Assembly (NCBI GenBank): GCA_035390825.1
Contig: DAOOUQ010000016.1
Coordinates: forward strand, 8,250-72,249
DNA: 64,000 bases
Reading direction: 5' to 3'
Source of the DNA: Bacteroidales bacterium
GTDB taxonomy: Bacteria > Bacteroidota > Bacteroidia > Bacteroidales > VadinHA17
Shown here: one piece after another, positions 7,265 through 17,493 of the stretch
How the letters are laid out: each line of letters begins with the position of its first letter
Numbering within the stretch: position 1 is the stretch's first letter
Made by a program: the position numbers and the translations under genes
The notes under the pieces: model-generated
What the model saw: only the letters and a program-made list of their open reading frames with translations
The model's database searches: none
What the model was told of the DNA's origin: nothing

Positions 7265-9324
7265 TGGGAAGAACATATATACCAAAAGAGATAAGCTGGC
7301 TTTCCTTCAATGAACGGGTTTTGCAGGAAGCGGAGAACAAGGATGTTCCGCTGATGGAACGTTTTAAATTCCTTGGTATTTATTCGAATAACCTTGATGA
7401 ATACTTCAGGGTAAGGGTTGCCACCCTAAGGAGATTGTCGCAGCTGGGACAGAAATCAAACGACATACTCGGATACAGTGCAAAGGCAACACTTAAGAAG
7501 ATCCATGAGATAGTCCTTGAACAGAACGTACGGTTTGAGAAGATATTTACAAATCTTCTTGGCGAGCTTGCAAAACATAAAGTACATATTGTCAACGAAA
7601 AGCAACTTAACAAGGCCCAGGCTGATTTCGTAAGGAACTACTTCCTTAAGGAGGTCCGTAACAGGCTGATGCCCTTTCTGATCGGGAAGGCCAGTGAGCT
7701 TCCGAACCTTACTGATGACGCAATTTACTTTGCTATTTATCTTTCAAAAAAAGGTGACCAGAAGAAACGCTATGCCCTTCTTGAAATACCAACTGACATT
7801 CTTCCACGCTTCATAGTGCTTCCGGAAAAAGATGACGGCAGGTATGTCATTTTTCTGGATGACATAATAAGGTTCGGACTCAGGGACATCTTTTTTATTT
7901 TTGATTTTGACGATATAAGGGCTTACACTATTAAGCTGACAAAGGACGCTGAGTTCGAGCTTATTGACGATATCTCGGAGAGCTACATCGAAAAGATTTC
8001 ACGAAGCCTCCAGCAGAGAAGGCATGGCAACCCGGTGCGTTTCATCTATGACAGGGAAATGCCTTCCGATATGCTCAGGATGCTTACAAAAATGCTGAAC
8101 TTTGGTCCTGATGATGTGATAATTCCGGGCGACAGGTATCATAATTTCAAGGACTTCATGCGTTTCCCGCATCTTGGAAAGAAAAAGTATTACTATGAGC
8201 CTCTTGTTCCAGTCGATCACAAGGATATACAGCCGGGCAAAAGCATCCTGTCGGCCATAAAAAAGAAGGACATAATGCTTTTTTTCCCATATCATCCTTT
8301 TGATCATTTTATCGACCTTCTTAGGGAAGCATCAATAGACCCGTATGTGACGTCAATACAGATAACACTTTACCGTCTGGCAGCCAATTCAAGTGTCATA
8401 AACGCTCTTATGAATGCTGTAAGGAACGGCAAGAAGGTGACTACTGTCGTGGAACTGCAGGCCCGCTTTGATGAGGAAGCCAACATCCTGTGGGGCAACA
8501 AGCTGATGGAAGAGGGAGTTAAGGTGATTTATGGTGTCCCCGGTTTAAAAGTTCATGCAAAACTATGTCTTATAACACGTTCCAGGAACGAGATCATTCA
8601 AAGATATGCAGCCGTAGGTACAGGAAACTTCAACGAAGATACTGCAAGGGTGTACACTGATCATCTTCTTCTGACTTCAAACAAAAAGATCACTAATGAG
8701 GTTTTCAAGACCTTCAACTTTTTCAATGTCAATTACCGGAAGGACAATTATTATCATCTTATTCTCTCTCCCTTTTTCATGAGAAACAAGATGAACCTTC
8801 TTATAGAAAATGAGATAAAGAATGCCAAAGAAGGGAAGAAGGCATATATATATCTGAAACTAAATAACATAAGTGATGTTGAAATAATTAACCTTCTATA
8901 TGAAGCCAGTCAGGCAGGAGTCAAAATCAGGATGATAGTCAGAGGCATGTTCTCGCTTGTGACAGGAGTCAGCGGACTGAGTGAAAATATTGAAGCCATA
9001 GGTATAGTCGACAGGTTCCTCGAGCATACGAGGTTCATGATCTTCTGCAATGACGGAAACGAGGAGTGTTACATTTCATCTGCCGACCTTATGACAAGGA
9101 ATATTGAGCACCGGATTGAAGTCACATGCCCGGTTTTTGACAAAAACATTAAAAGCGAACTGAAACGGATATTTGAAATACAGTGGGCCGATAATGTAAA
9201 AGCCAGAAGACTCGATCTGTCTCTCTCGAACAAAATGGTGAAGACAGGAAAGGACCCGGTTCACTCGCAGATGGAAGTTTATAATTATTTTAGGAAGATA
9301 AATGCAAAGTGCAGTGATAAATAG
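7264..9324 (+). CDS. ppk: Polyphosphate kinase 1
   Basis: The 686-aa protein has the typical PPK1 N-terminus (ISWLSFNERVLQEA...PLxERxKFLGIxSxNLDEFF), the autophosphorylated His region (GLKVHAK), and two PLD-like C-terminal domains. Confidence 0.95.
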   Translation: MGRTYIPKEISWLSFNERVLQEAENKDVPLMERFKFLGIYSNNLDEYFRVRVATLRRLSQLGQKSNDILGYSAKATLKKIHEIVLEQNVRFEKIFTNLLGELAKHKVHIVNEKQLNKAQADFVRNYFLKEVRNRLMPFLIGKASELPNLTDDAIYFAIYLSKKGDQKKRYALLEIPTDILPRFIVLPEKDDGRYVIFLDDIIRFGLRDIFFIFDFDDIRAYTIKLTKDAEFELIDDISESYIEKISRSLQQRRHGNPVRFIYDREMPSDMLRMLTKMLNFGPDDVIIPGDRYHNFKDFMRFPHLGKKKYYYEPLVPVDHKDIQPGKSILSAIKKKDIMLFFPYHPFDHFIDLLREASIDPYVTSIQITLYRLAANSSVINALMNAVRNGKKVTTVVELQARFDEEANILWGNKLMEEGVKVIYGVPGLKVHAKLCLITRSRNEIIQRYAAVGTGNFNEDTARVYTDHLLLTSNKKITNEVFKTFNFFNVNYRKDNYYHLILSPFFMRNKMNLLIENEIKNAKEGKKAYIYLKLNNISDVEIINLLYEASQAGVKIRMIVRGMFSLVTGVSGLSENIEAIGIVDRFLEHTRFMIFCNDGNEECYISSADLMTRNIEHRIEVTCPVFDKNIKSELKRIFEIQWADNVKARRLDLSLSNKMVKTGKDPVHSQMEVYNYFRKINAKCSDK

Positions 9325-9330
9325 AATGCA

Positions 9331-9855
9331 ATGAATATTTATACTTTAATAACGGGCACGGTTGCTATAATTTTATTCTCCTGGTTCTTTTCCATAAAGC
9401 ACGGGAGGTATCATGCAATACCAAGGTTTTTTTCATTCGAGAGCATCTTTCTTCTGGTTTTGCTTTGCATTAAAGTATGGTTTCATAATCCTTTTTCATG
9501 GTACCAGACAATTTCGTGGATCCTTCTCCTGGTTTCGGCATATGCAGGGATTGCCGGGTTCATTACCTTGAAAATCAAAGGGAAGCCTGGCGGAAATTTC
9601 GAGAATACGTCCTTTCTGGTGAAATCAGGGATCTATTCTGTGATCAGGCATCCTCTTTACCTGTCGCTGTTTTGTCTGGGTTCAGGTGTTATGATGAAAA
9701 ACCCGGGGAAATATGAGATAATCCTCGGAGTCGTAAATGCCGTCGCGGTCTTTTTTACGGCCCGCATTGAAGAGAAGGAGATGATCGAAAAGTTCGGTGA
9801 GCCTTACAGGGAATATATCAGGGAGACGAAGATGTTTCTGCCGTATATTCTGTGA
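9331..9855 (+). CDS. Isoprenylcysteine carboxyl methyltransferase (ICMT)/phospholipid methyltransferase family membrane protein
   Basis: The 174-aa protein has 4-5 TM segments and a GIYSVIRHPLYLS motif. Confidence 0.7.
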   Translation: MNIYTLITGTVAIILFSWFFSIKHGRYHAIPRFFSFESIFLLVLLCIKVWFHNPFSWYQTISWILLLVSAYAGIAGFITLKIKGKPGGNFENTSFLVKSGIYSVIRHPLYLSLFCLGSGVMMKNPGKYEIILGVVNAVAVFFTARIEEKEMIEKFGEPYREYIRETKMFLPYIL

Positions 9856-10029
9856 TCATTCTCTGTAGTCGTCCCCGGATTTTGGGGGGAATTCTTACTG
9901 TCAACCCTTTTTACGACACGTCACCCCCCCTCGCTCTCCCGTAATCTTCCCGGCATCCTTTGCACAAACTTCCTTCACTTTGCGGTTTAATAAATGATTT
10001 CTATATTTACCTGAACTAAAATATAAATT

Positions 10030-10419
10030 ATGAAAAGCAGAATACTCACGATCTCGGTTCTATTTTTATTCCTGTCGGTTGCACTGTCGGCCCAGAACAC
10101 TGCGAAAAAAGACACTGCCCTCGGCAGATGGAAATTTGAAGCTCCCTATGCCCCGGAAGGATTTACCACCGGAACTATTGAATTCACATTCGCTGACAAC
10201 AGGCACTCATCTTCAATTTCGTTCACCGGGAACGACTACAAGATTCCCGGCGACAAGACCAAAATAGAAAAGGATACAGTCACATTCTCGGTTGTCGTTG
10301 AGGGAAATGAAGTCGCGGTAACACTTAAAATTGAAAGCGACTCGAAAATGACAGGCAAGGCTGTCACGTATGATGGCGAGATCCCTCTTACTCTCACAAG
10401 AGAAATCCGGAATAAATAG
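10030..10419 (+). CDS. Hypothetical secreted protein
   Basis: The 129-aa protein has a signal peptide (LFLFLSVALSAQ). I recognised no family. Confidence 0.5.
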   Translation: MKSRILTISVLFLFLSVALSAQNTAKKDTALGRWKFEAPYAPEGFTTGTIEFTFADNRHSSSISFTGNDYKIPGDKTKIEKDTVTFSVVVEGNEVAVTLKIESDSKMTGKAVTYDGEIPLTLTREIRNK

Positions 10420-10436
10420 TCCAGAAAAGATATCCG

Positions 10437-12404
10437 ATGAAAATCAGGCTGGTTCTTATTATCATCCTCAGTAACATTTTTCTTTCACTTTATCCTCAGA
10501 TAGTCAATAAGAAACCTCTTAGTGAAAGAATTACAGGATACAGGTTTGACGTCAGGCTAAATCCCGACAAACATACCGTGAGCGGCGACATGGAGGCGTT
10601 CTGGGTCAACAGGTCGGCTGACACTGTGCCGGATATTCGACTGCATCTTTACATGAATGCCTTCCGGAGTAACCGGACAACCATGTACAGGGAAATGGGA
10701 GGATCACCGGGAAATGATGAAAAAGACCTGGGATGGATAGAAATTAATTCCTTCAGTGATCAAAACGGCGCTGACCTTATACCCCGTATGCAGTATATAA
10801 GTCCGGATGACGGTAACAAGGACGACAGGACAGTACTGAGGGTGCTTCTTCCGCAGCCGGCGATGCCCGGAGACACTGTATTTATCAAAGTGAATTTTGA
10901 GACCAAACTTCCTTCAAGGATAAGACGTACAGGTTACAGCGGCGATTTTTATTTCGTTGCCCAGTGGTTCCCCAAATTCGGGGTTTATGAACCTGCAGGT
11001 ATGCGCTATGCAACAAAAGGAGGATGGAACTGCCACCAGTTCCATGCCACATCAGAGTTTTACTCCAATCACAGCGTTTATGATGTCAGGATCACCCTTC
11101 CTTCAAGCCACGTCATCGGTTCGGGAGGAATGCTGATATCCGAAAAAGCAGATGGTAATATGAAAACCGTTACATACCGGGCCGAGGATATTGTCGATTT
11201 TGCATGGACAGCCTGGCCGGGTTATGCTGTGTTCAACGACAAGTGGAAACACGTGAATATCACACTGCTTATACCCAAAGACAGGATAAAACAGGCAGAG
11301 CGCCAGCTTAAATCGGTAAAACATGCGCTTGAATATCTTGATACGAATGTCGGGCCTTATCCCTGGCCCCATCTCACCTTCGCTGATCCTCCATCAACAG
11401 GGGCAGGTGCAGGAGGGATGGAATACACAACAATTTTCACCTCCGAATCGTCCTACTTTGTTCCGCCCTTTATACACTTGCCGGAAATGGTGACAGTTCA
11501 TGAGTTCGGACATGCATATTTCATGGGTATCATGGCCAGCAATGAATTTGAGGAACCATGGCTCGATGAGGGAGTCAATTCGTACTGGGAGCAGAGGATA
11601 ATGGATAACTATTACGGGAAAAACTCAGGCCTTCTCAACCACAAATTCCTGGAATTATCTGATATTGCTTCGGCGCGTATTTCATACGTTACTTCACCCT
11701 CGCGTCAGGCTGCCAGCAATAATGAATATTCATGGAACTACCCGCATGACACTTACAGCATGATGTCGTACCAGAAAACCGCAACATGGCTTCATACGCT
11801 CGAAGGTATTATAGGTACCGAAACAATGAATAATGTTTTTCGCGAATATTACAGAAGATGGGCTTTCAGACATCCGTCGGGCCGCGATTTCATAAATGCA
11901 GTCAATGATGTTGTCAGAAAAGAACATGGTCAGAAATTCGGTGCAGATATGAACTGGTTTTTTGATCAGACTTTATATGGGACAGGAATTTGTGATTACA
12001 AGGTAAGCAGGATAGTCAACAGCAAATACAGCAAACCGGAAGGGAAAACCGACACGGCAGATCCGGAAGCCGGGGCATGGAGCAATACAGATTCCCTGTA
12101 TACTTCAAAAGCTCAGCTTGAAAGGGTCGGCGAAGTAAAACTGCCTGTTGAGGTCCTCATCCATTTTGACAACGGAGATGAAGTTCTTGAGAGCTGGGAC
12201 GGGAAAGAAAGATACAAGGATTTTGAATACAAGGGGTACAAACAGATCGTTTGGGTGAAAATTGACCCTGAATACAAAATAAAGATGGATGTGAATTTTA
12301 TTAATAATTCTATGACGACAGAACCATCCAAAGCGCCTCTTCACAGGATAGCAAATAAAATTATGACGTTCACCCAGTTCTTTTTAAGTATCATGTTATT
12401 GTAA
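10437..12404 (+). CDS. M1 family (gluzincin) metallopeptidase
   Basis: The 655-aa protein has an N-terminal signal or anchor. It carries HEFGH followed by WLDEG (HExxH-x18-E). Confidence 0.8.
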   Translation: MKIRLVLIIILSNIFLSLYPQIVNKKPLSERITGYRFDVRLNPDKHTVSGDMEAFWVNRSADTVPDIRLHLYMNAFRSNRTTMYREMGGSPGNDEKDLGWIEINSFSDQNGADLIPRMQYISPDDGNKDDRTVLRVLLPQPAMPGDTVFIKVNFETKLPSRIRRTGYSGDFYFVAQWFPKFGVYEPAGMRYATKGGWNCHQFHATSEFYSNHSVYDVRITLPSSHVIGSGGMLISEKADGNMKTVTYRAEDIVDFAWTAWPGYAVFNDKWKHVNITLLIPKDRIKQAERQLKSVKHALEYLDTNVGPYPWPHLTFADPPSTGAGAGGMEYTTIFTSESSYFVPPFIHLPEMVTVHEFGHAYFMGIMASNEFEEPWLDEGVNSYWEQRIMDNYYGKNSGLLNHKFLELSDIASARISYVTSPSRQAASNNEYSWNYPHDTYSMMSYQKTATWLHTLEGIIGTETMNNVFREYYRRWAFRHPSGRDFINAVNDVVRKEHGQKFGADMNWFFDQTLYGTGICDYKVSRIVNSKYSKPEGKTDTADPEAGAWSNTDSLYTSKAQLERVGEVKLPVEVLIHFDNGDEVLESWDGKERYKDFEYKGYKQIVWVKIDPEYKIKMDVNFINNSMTTEPSKAPLHRIANKIMTFTQFFLSIMLL

Positions 12405-12409
12405 TAAAT

Positions 12410-13348
12410 ATGAAAATATACAGCTCACTGAAATCAGGATTCCTGAGGACGCTGAATGCAGGAAAAAGTATCCTGATCGTCTGGTTTTGCATTTTTATCC
12501 TGGTTCTGGTCTTTGTTTTCCCCCTTCGCCGTTCCCTGACCTCGGCTTTTGGCGACAGCATGATCACTGAAAAACTGGCTGACGGGATAAATATTGAGGC
12601 TTTCACCGACCTTGGACCGGTATTTAAGAATATCATGTCATTCCTCACGGCAGGTTTAATGTTTACTTTTCTTGCGGGGTTCCTTCTTAACTCATTTCTG
12701 ACGGCAGGACTGTTCGGGTCGGTAAAAAATGATTCGATGAAATTTTCTCCTTCTGAATTCTTCAGTGCGGGAGCATTGAATTTCAAGGCATTTCTTTTGA
12801 TTTCTCTGCTTATTACACTGATCATCGACTTTGGATTTATATTGATTGTGGTCGCCCCTGCAGCGATAGTCAGCCTTTCGGAGACGGCATCTGATAAAAG
12901 TCTATTTATGATACTGTTTATCACCGGGGTTGTCTTTCTTCTTGTTATACCTCTGATGCTTCTTGTGGCTGATTATTCGAGGGCATATAAGACATCCGAT
13001 CCGGCTGTTTCAGCTTTCAGCGCTATCGGCAAAGGTTTCAGCCTTGCTTTTTCCGGTTTCCGGAGGTCATATATGATGATGCTTCTTCTGATCGTTGCAC
13101 AGATTATGCTTGGAGTGATCATCGTCCTTTTGCTTCCAGCCTGGAGACCGGTGACCGGAGGAGGGGTGTTTTTACTGTTAATTGTTTCACAGCTGCTCTT
13201 TATACTCAGGCTGTTTCTGAAAACATGGCGCTATGCAAGTGTCTCCTCGATGATGAATGAGATCACTGCGGAAAAAGTGAAAGATTATGTTAAAATTGAC
13301 GTGAATCAGACTGAAACTGTTTTACCCCCTGCCACCGAGGGGGTATAA
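12410..13348 (+). CDS. Hypothetical polytopic membrane protein
   Basis: The 312-aa protein has about 6 hydrophobic segments and starts 6 nt after the M1 peptidase stop. The opposite-strand ORF 12391-12924 is judged a shadow ORF. Confidence 0.5.
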   Translation: MKIYSSLKSGFLRTLNAGKSILIVWFCIFILVLVFVFPLRRSLTSAFGDSMITEKLADGINIEAFTDLGPVFKNIMSFLTAGLMFTFLAGFLLNSFLTAGLFGSVKNDSMKFSPSEFFSAGALNFKAFLLISLLITLIIDFGFILIVVAPAAIVSLSETASDKSLFMILFITGVVFLLVIPLMLLVADYSRAYKTSDPAVSAFSAIGKGFSLAFSGFRRSYMMMLLLIVAQIMLGVIIVLLLPAWRPVTGGGVFLLLIVSQLLFILRLFLKTWRYASVSSMMNEITAEKVKDYVKIDVNQTETVLPPATEGV

Positions 13349-13485
13349 ATTAAGGTTGTTTTACGGTCGCCTTCAGGGGATTCAGGGGGGAGATGAAAAA
13401 AGGGAGGCAGTGATTCTTTGAATAGTTTGGATGGATTTCTAAAGATTTCATTCCTTAATAAAGTAATCTTCATATCAGTCATAAG

Positions 13486-14757
13486 ATGGAAAAGCAGGAA
13501 CTACTAAAGATCCGGGAAGAGGTTCATAATCACCTTGTAAATGAGCTTCTGCCATTCTGGACGGCCAGGATGACGGATAAAACCAACGGCGGGTATCTCA
13601 CTCATTTTGACAAAGATGGCAATGATACCGGCGAAGATGAGAAATCTCTTATAGCCCAGACCAGATGCCTGTATACCGCTTCATCGGCCCACAGGGCAGG
13701 CTATGGAGATGGAAAACTTGAAGCTTTGGCCCGTCATGGAGCCGACTTCCTTTTAAATAAGATGTGGGACACTGAACACCAGGGTTTTTACTGGATGACG
13801 GACCGCAGGGGGAATGTTAAGATCGACAAGAAAATAATATACGGACATAGTTTTGCCATCTATTCACTTAGCGAATATACACTTGCCACGGGCGACAGGA
13901 GGGGGATTGAATATGCAGAAAAGGTCTTCGACCTGATTCAGAAATACTGTACCGACACGATGTACGGAGGTTACTGGGAGATGTTCGAGCGTGACTGGAC
14001 TCTCCGCGGCCCGGGGAGTGCCGGTGGTGACCGCAAGACCCTCGATGTCCATATGCATCTCATGGAAGCCTTTACCACTCTTTACGAATGTACCGGGAAG
14101 GATGTGCATAAACGAAAGCTTAATGAGGTTATTGAGATACTTCAGAAACGCATAAACCATCCGGTTTACAGGACAGGGATACCTCAGTTCTTCAGAGACT
14201 GGACCGTAGCACCGCAGATCAAATTCGAAATAATATGGGGTTGGGACAGGTTTACAGGGGAAGGAACCAAAGCCAATGTCACCGACAATACATGCTTCGG
14301 ACATAATGCAGAGTTTGCCTGGCTGCTGAATCATGCCCTCGGGATACTGAAAGCTGACAAGGCACCATATATGAAGGATTTCCGTACTATTCTCGACCAT
14401 ACCATAAACAATGGTATTGACACCCAGTACGGAGGTGTCTTTGTTGAAGGCCCCCATTCAGGCGGAGTATCCGACCGTGAAAAGGAATTCTGGCAGCAGG
14501 CTGAGGTACTGACCGCAATGCTTGACGGATATCTGATGTTCAGGGACACCGTTTATCTGGAAGCATTTAAAAATGTGCAGCGGTTTGTCTTCGATTATAT
14601 GATAAACAAAGGGGTGGGAGAGTGGTACCCCCTGATGACACGCGACGGCTTACCCATCTGGACCCATATGGGCCATTCATGGAAGATAAACTATCATACT
14701 GTCAGGTCGATGATACTGACATTGCAGAAGCTCGACAGGATCATTTCAGAAATCTGA
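13486..14757 (+). CDS. AGE family epimerase/isomerase (N-acylglucosamine 2-epimerase / cellobiose 2-epimerase-like)
   Basis: The 423-aa protein has an AGE-like N-terminus (LLPFWxxxxxDxxNGGY), (alpha/alpha)6 barrel-type repeats and GHxxExxWLL. Confidence 0.8.
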   Translation: MEKQELLKIREEVHNHLVNELLPFWTARMTDKTNGGYLTHFDKDGNDTGEDEKSLIAQTRCLYTASSAHRAGYGDGKLEALARHGADFLLNKMWDTEHQGFYWMTDRRGNVKIDKKIIYGHSFAIYSLSEYTLATGDRRGIEYAEKVFDLIQKYCTDTMYGGYWEMFERDWTLRGPGSAGGDRKTLDVHMHLMEAFTTLYECTGKDVHKRKLNEVIEILQKRINHPVYRTGIPQFFRDWTVAPQIKFEIIWGWDRFTGEGTKANVTDNTCFGHNAEFAWLLNHALGILKADKAPYMKDFRTILDHTINNGIDTQYGGVFVEGPHSGGVSDREKEFWQQAEVLTAMLDGYLMFRDTVYLEAFKNVQRFVFDYMINKGVGEWYPLMTRDGLPIWTHMGHSWKINYHTVRSMILTLQKLDRIISEI

Positions 14758-14758
14758 T

Positions 14759-16372
14759 ATGAAACTATCACTTTCAGCCCCCGACTGGATTGTTTTGATC
14801 CTCGTCATGGGCGCCAGCCTGGGTTTCGGTATTTATATGTCGTACCGTAAAAAGTCAGGCCGCGACAGTTCAGGTTTCTTCCTGGGCGGGCGTTCAATTA
14901 AATGGCCGGTTGTCGGGGCGTCGCTTTTTGCTACAAACATTGGGGCCGAACATCTTGTGGGACTTTCGGGCGACAGCTACAGGTATGGCCTCTCGGCAGG
15001 TCTTGTGGAATTGACCACAGTGATAACACTAGGGGTTGCCTGCTCGATGCTCTTTCCCTATTACATGAAAAACAAACTGTTCACAATCCCTGAATTCCTT
15101 GAGATAAGATACAACCGGCGGGCAAGGACATTCTTCTCGGGACTTATGCTTATCATAAGCGTGATGACCAAGCTGGCTTTTACCCTTTTTGCCGGCGCCC
15201 TTGTGCTCCGGAGTATTATGGGATGGGAAATAATGCCCACTATATTTTATATCGGAATAATCGTTGCCGTTTTTACAATAATAGGAGGTTTTACGGCTGT
15301 TGCATATACCGATTCCATTCAGGTGATAATCATGATAGCAGGTTCGGTTGTTATGCTGATCTTTGGGCTTGAAAAGGTGGGAGGATGGGACGGACTTATG
15401 GAAAAGGCCCCGCAGATGATGTCGATAGCCAGACCATTTGACGACCCGGTTTATCCGTTCTGGGGAATACTTGCAACAGCATTTTATGCCGGGGTGTTTT
15501 ACTGGGGAATTGACCAGGTAAATGTTCAGAGGGTACTTGCGGCACCGAATCTGAACCATGCACGATGGGGCGCCATGTTCGCAACGTTGCTGAAGCTTCT
15601 GCCTGTCTTTATTTTTGCCCTTCCCGGGGTTATTGCCTTCGCATTGTTCCCCGGGGATCTTCAGGGCGATGACACAAGGCAGACATTTGTGCTGCTGCTC
15701 AACAAGCTTCTGCCAACCGGATTAAGGGGACTTATGATGGCGTCGCTGCTGGCCGCGCTTATTACATCGCTGACAGGAGTGCTTAATTCAGTATCGACAC
15801 TTGTAGTGAGGGATTTCATCGTCGAATTCAAACCTGATATCCCTGAGAAAAAACAGGTGCTTCTCGGCCGTTATGTCATTGTCGCGGTAACACTGCTAGG
15901 TTTCGCTGCTGCATGGATGGTATATAAAAACGAGGAAGGATTATATAAGTATCTCCAGACAATATCCGCCTATCTTGTTGTACCGGTTTTCCCCGCTATA
16001 CTTTTCGGGATTGTCAGCAAAAAGGTCACATACAAAGGAGCCGCGGCTTCTGTCCTGGTCGGGATCATCATTGCCACGGTTTTTGTCACCGACCAGATGC
16101 TTGGTCAGGAGACGGGCAAGACAGTGTTCCCCTTCCTCCATCATAAGCTGACGCTGAATTTCGGTTACCGGGGCCTCTGGGCCGAAATCCTGATTACCGG
16201 GGTGTTGTTTGCAGTCTCGGCATTCACTGAGAAGACCGATGCCCTGAAGCTCGAGCGGACTACAATAGATTATTCAAAGGGCCTGGCTTCTTTCAAAGGT
16301 ATCACCGACTGGCGGCTTCATCTCGTCATTCTTGCTGCAATAACTGTTGCCATCCTTCTCTGGCTGAAGTGA
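14759..16372 (+). CDS. Sodium:solute symporter (SSS) family transporter
   Basis: The 537-aa protein has about 13 TM segments and SSS-like motifs (FFLGGRSIKWPVVGASLFATNIGAEHLVGLSG). It starts 2 nt after the AGE gene. Confidence 0.85.
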   Translation: MKLSLSAPDWIVLILVMGASLGFGIYMSYRKKSGRDSSGFFLGGRSIKWPVVGASLFATNIGAEHLVGLSGDSYRYGLSAGLVELTTVITLGVACSMLFPYYMKNKLFTIPEFLEIRYNRRARTFFSGLMLIISVMTKLAFTLFAGALVLRSIMGWEIMPTIFYIGIIVAVFTIIGGFTAVAYTDSIQVIIMIAGSVVMLIFGLEKVGGWDGLMEKAPQMMSIARPFDDPVYPFWGILATAFYAGVFYWGIDQVNVQRVLAAPNLNHARWGAMFATLLKLLPVFIFALPGVIAFALFPGDLQGDDTRQTFVLLLNKLLPTGLRGLMMASLLAALITSLTGVLNSVSTLVVRDFIVEFKPDIPEKKQVLLGRYVIVAVTLLGFAAAWMVYKNEEGLYKYLQTISAYLVVPVFPAILFGIVSKKVTYKGAAASVLVGIIIATVFVTDQMLGQETGKTVFPFLHHKLTLNFGYRGLWAEILITGVLFAVSAFTEKTDALKLERTTIDYSKGLASFKGITDWRLHLVILAAITVAILLWLK

Positions 16373-16374
16373 TC

Positions 16375-17493
16375 TTACCGGGAACCTTTGTCAGACAGAA
16401 GGTGATATAATTCTGCAAGGAAGTCCCTGTTATCAGCCCGAAGATAATGCATTTCGCCTCCCATCCTGCTGAAGGTCTTGCAGTACCTTAGATAATATGC
16501 AGGGTTATCGGCAGGCGGCTCACCGTCTTTGCTCCAGTCCCATTTGTTTTCAGCAATATCGGCAACAACCATGAAATGATTATCAATATGTCGGCCATTC
16601 TGTAATTCGACATTCTGGCTCATCGACAGGGCTTTTTCAAAAATCATGGGCGACATCACCGCTGATCCGACTGAGAGATAAACGCCGCCTTCAAGCATGC
16701 TGACACTTTTTGTAAAATACAGGAAGTCAGTCAGGGCTGTTCTTCCGATAGCCGCTCCGTTGTTGAGAGGATGGTTGTAGATGATATCGTGGCCGATCAT
16801 CGGATGCCCGGTGAACGGTATCCTCAGGTCGTATGCCCGGCACTGGACAGAACACTCTTTAAAGGGATGCGGAATTTTCATAAAGCCCGGAGGAATATCG
16901 TATTTCCTTATGGTATCGTAAAGGTCTGCTGCAGCGGCAGCATGTTCCGGTTCTTTTTCAATACCCGACCGTATTTCTCTCAACAGCTGATTCCTCCCTG
17001 GAATATGAAGCCCCTCCTGTGAGATCATTTTTCCGACAGATTCTCCGTATCCAAGTCTTTCATATGCCCCGCAGATTATCGAAAGATTGATATAACTGCC
17101 TGTTTCCTCCCATAGTCCGAACTGTCCCCTTGTGACATTTTCCCTGACGCTTTCACCTGTATATCCCTGAAAAGCAAATTCCCAGTCGTGAATAATTCCT
17201 GCCCCGTTTGTAGCCAGGTGCGTTATCCATCCTTCCTTTATAAATTCGGAAAGCAAGGGACCGAGACCGTTTTTTACCGCATGTGCCCCAAAAGCCAGGA
17301 TGACTGGTCTTCCATTCTTCCTTGCGCCGGCGATTTTGTCTGCAGCAAGTCTGATAATTTCACTGCTTGCATCAGGCAGATCTTTGGGCCTGTAGGTAAG
17401 AGCTACCTGCTTTTCCCTGATTGAAACCTGGTTCTTCCTTTCGCTGAGGCTTCGGATCAGAAGTTTGTTTCTGTCGAATTGAGGATGGGGCAT
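16375..17493 (-). CDS. Conserved hypothetical protein, possible deoxyhypusine-synthase-like (DHS) fold
   Basis: This 372-aa ORF is the last gene of the GmhA-like/kinase-HAD operon. The segment ILAFGAHAVKNGLGP...THLATNGAGIIHD resembles the DHS-family nucleotide-binding region. That assignment is from memory only. Confidence 0.35.
   Translation of the reverse strand: MPHPQFDRNKLLIRSLSERKNQVSIREKQVALTYRPKDLPDASSEIIRLAADKIAGARKNGRPVILAFGAHAVKNGLGPLLSEFIKEGWITHLATNGAGIIHDWEFAFQGYTGESVRENVTRGQFGLWEETGSYINLSIICGAYERLGYGESVGKMISQEGLHIPGRNQLLREIRSGIEKEPEHAAAAADLYDTIRKYDIPPGFMKIPHPFKECSVQCRAYDLRIPFTGHPMIGHDIIYNHPLNNGAAIGRTALTDFLYFTKSVSMLEGGVYLSVGSAVMSPMIFEKALSMSQNVELQNGRHIDNHFMVVADIAENKWDWSKDGEPPADNPAYYLRYCKTFSRMGGEMHYLRADNRDFLAELYHLLSDKGSR

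Noticed and set aside
12391-12924. 177-aa minus-strand ORF overlapping the 312-aa membrane protein gene
   Set aside because: The plus-strand ORF is longer, has coherent TM segments and sits in operon spacing after the M1 peptidase. The minus-strand ORF is therefore judged spurious.
13864-14457. 197-aa minus-strand ORF inside the AGE epimerase gene. Other long antisense ORFs of the same kind are 15029-15559, 32728-33351, 35201-35791, 39801-40256, 40567-41283, 41531-42016, 54532-55206 and 56987-57445.
   Set aside because: Each lies entirely within a gene on the opposite strand that has clear family motifs. None shows recognisable motifs of its own. They are typical shadow ORFs.
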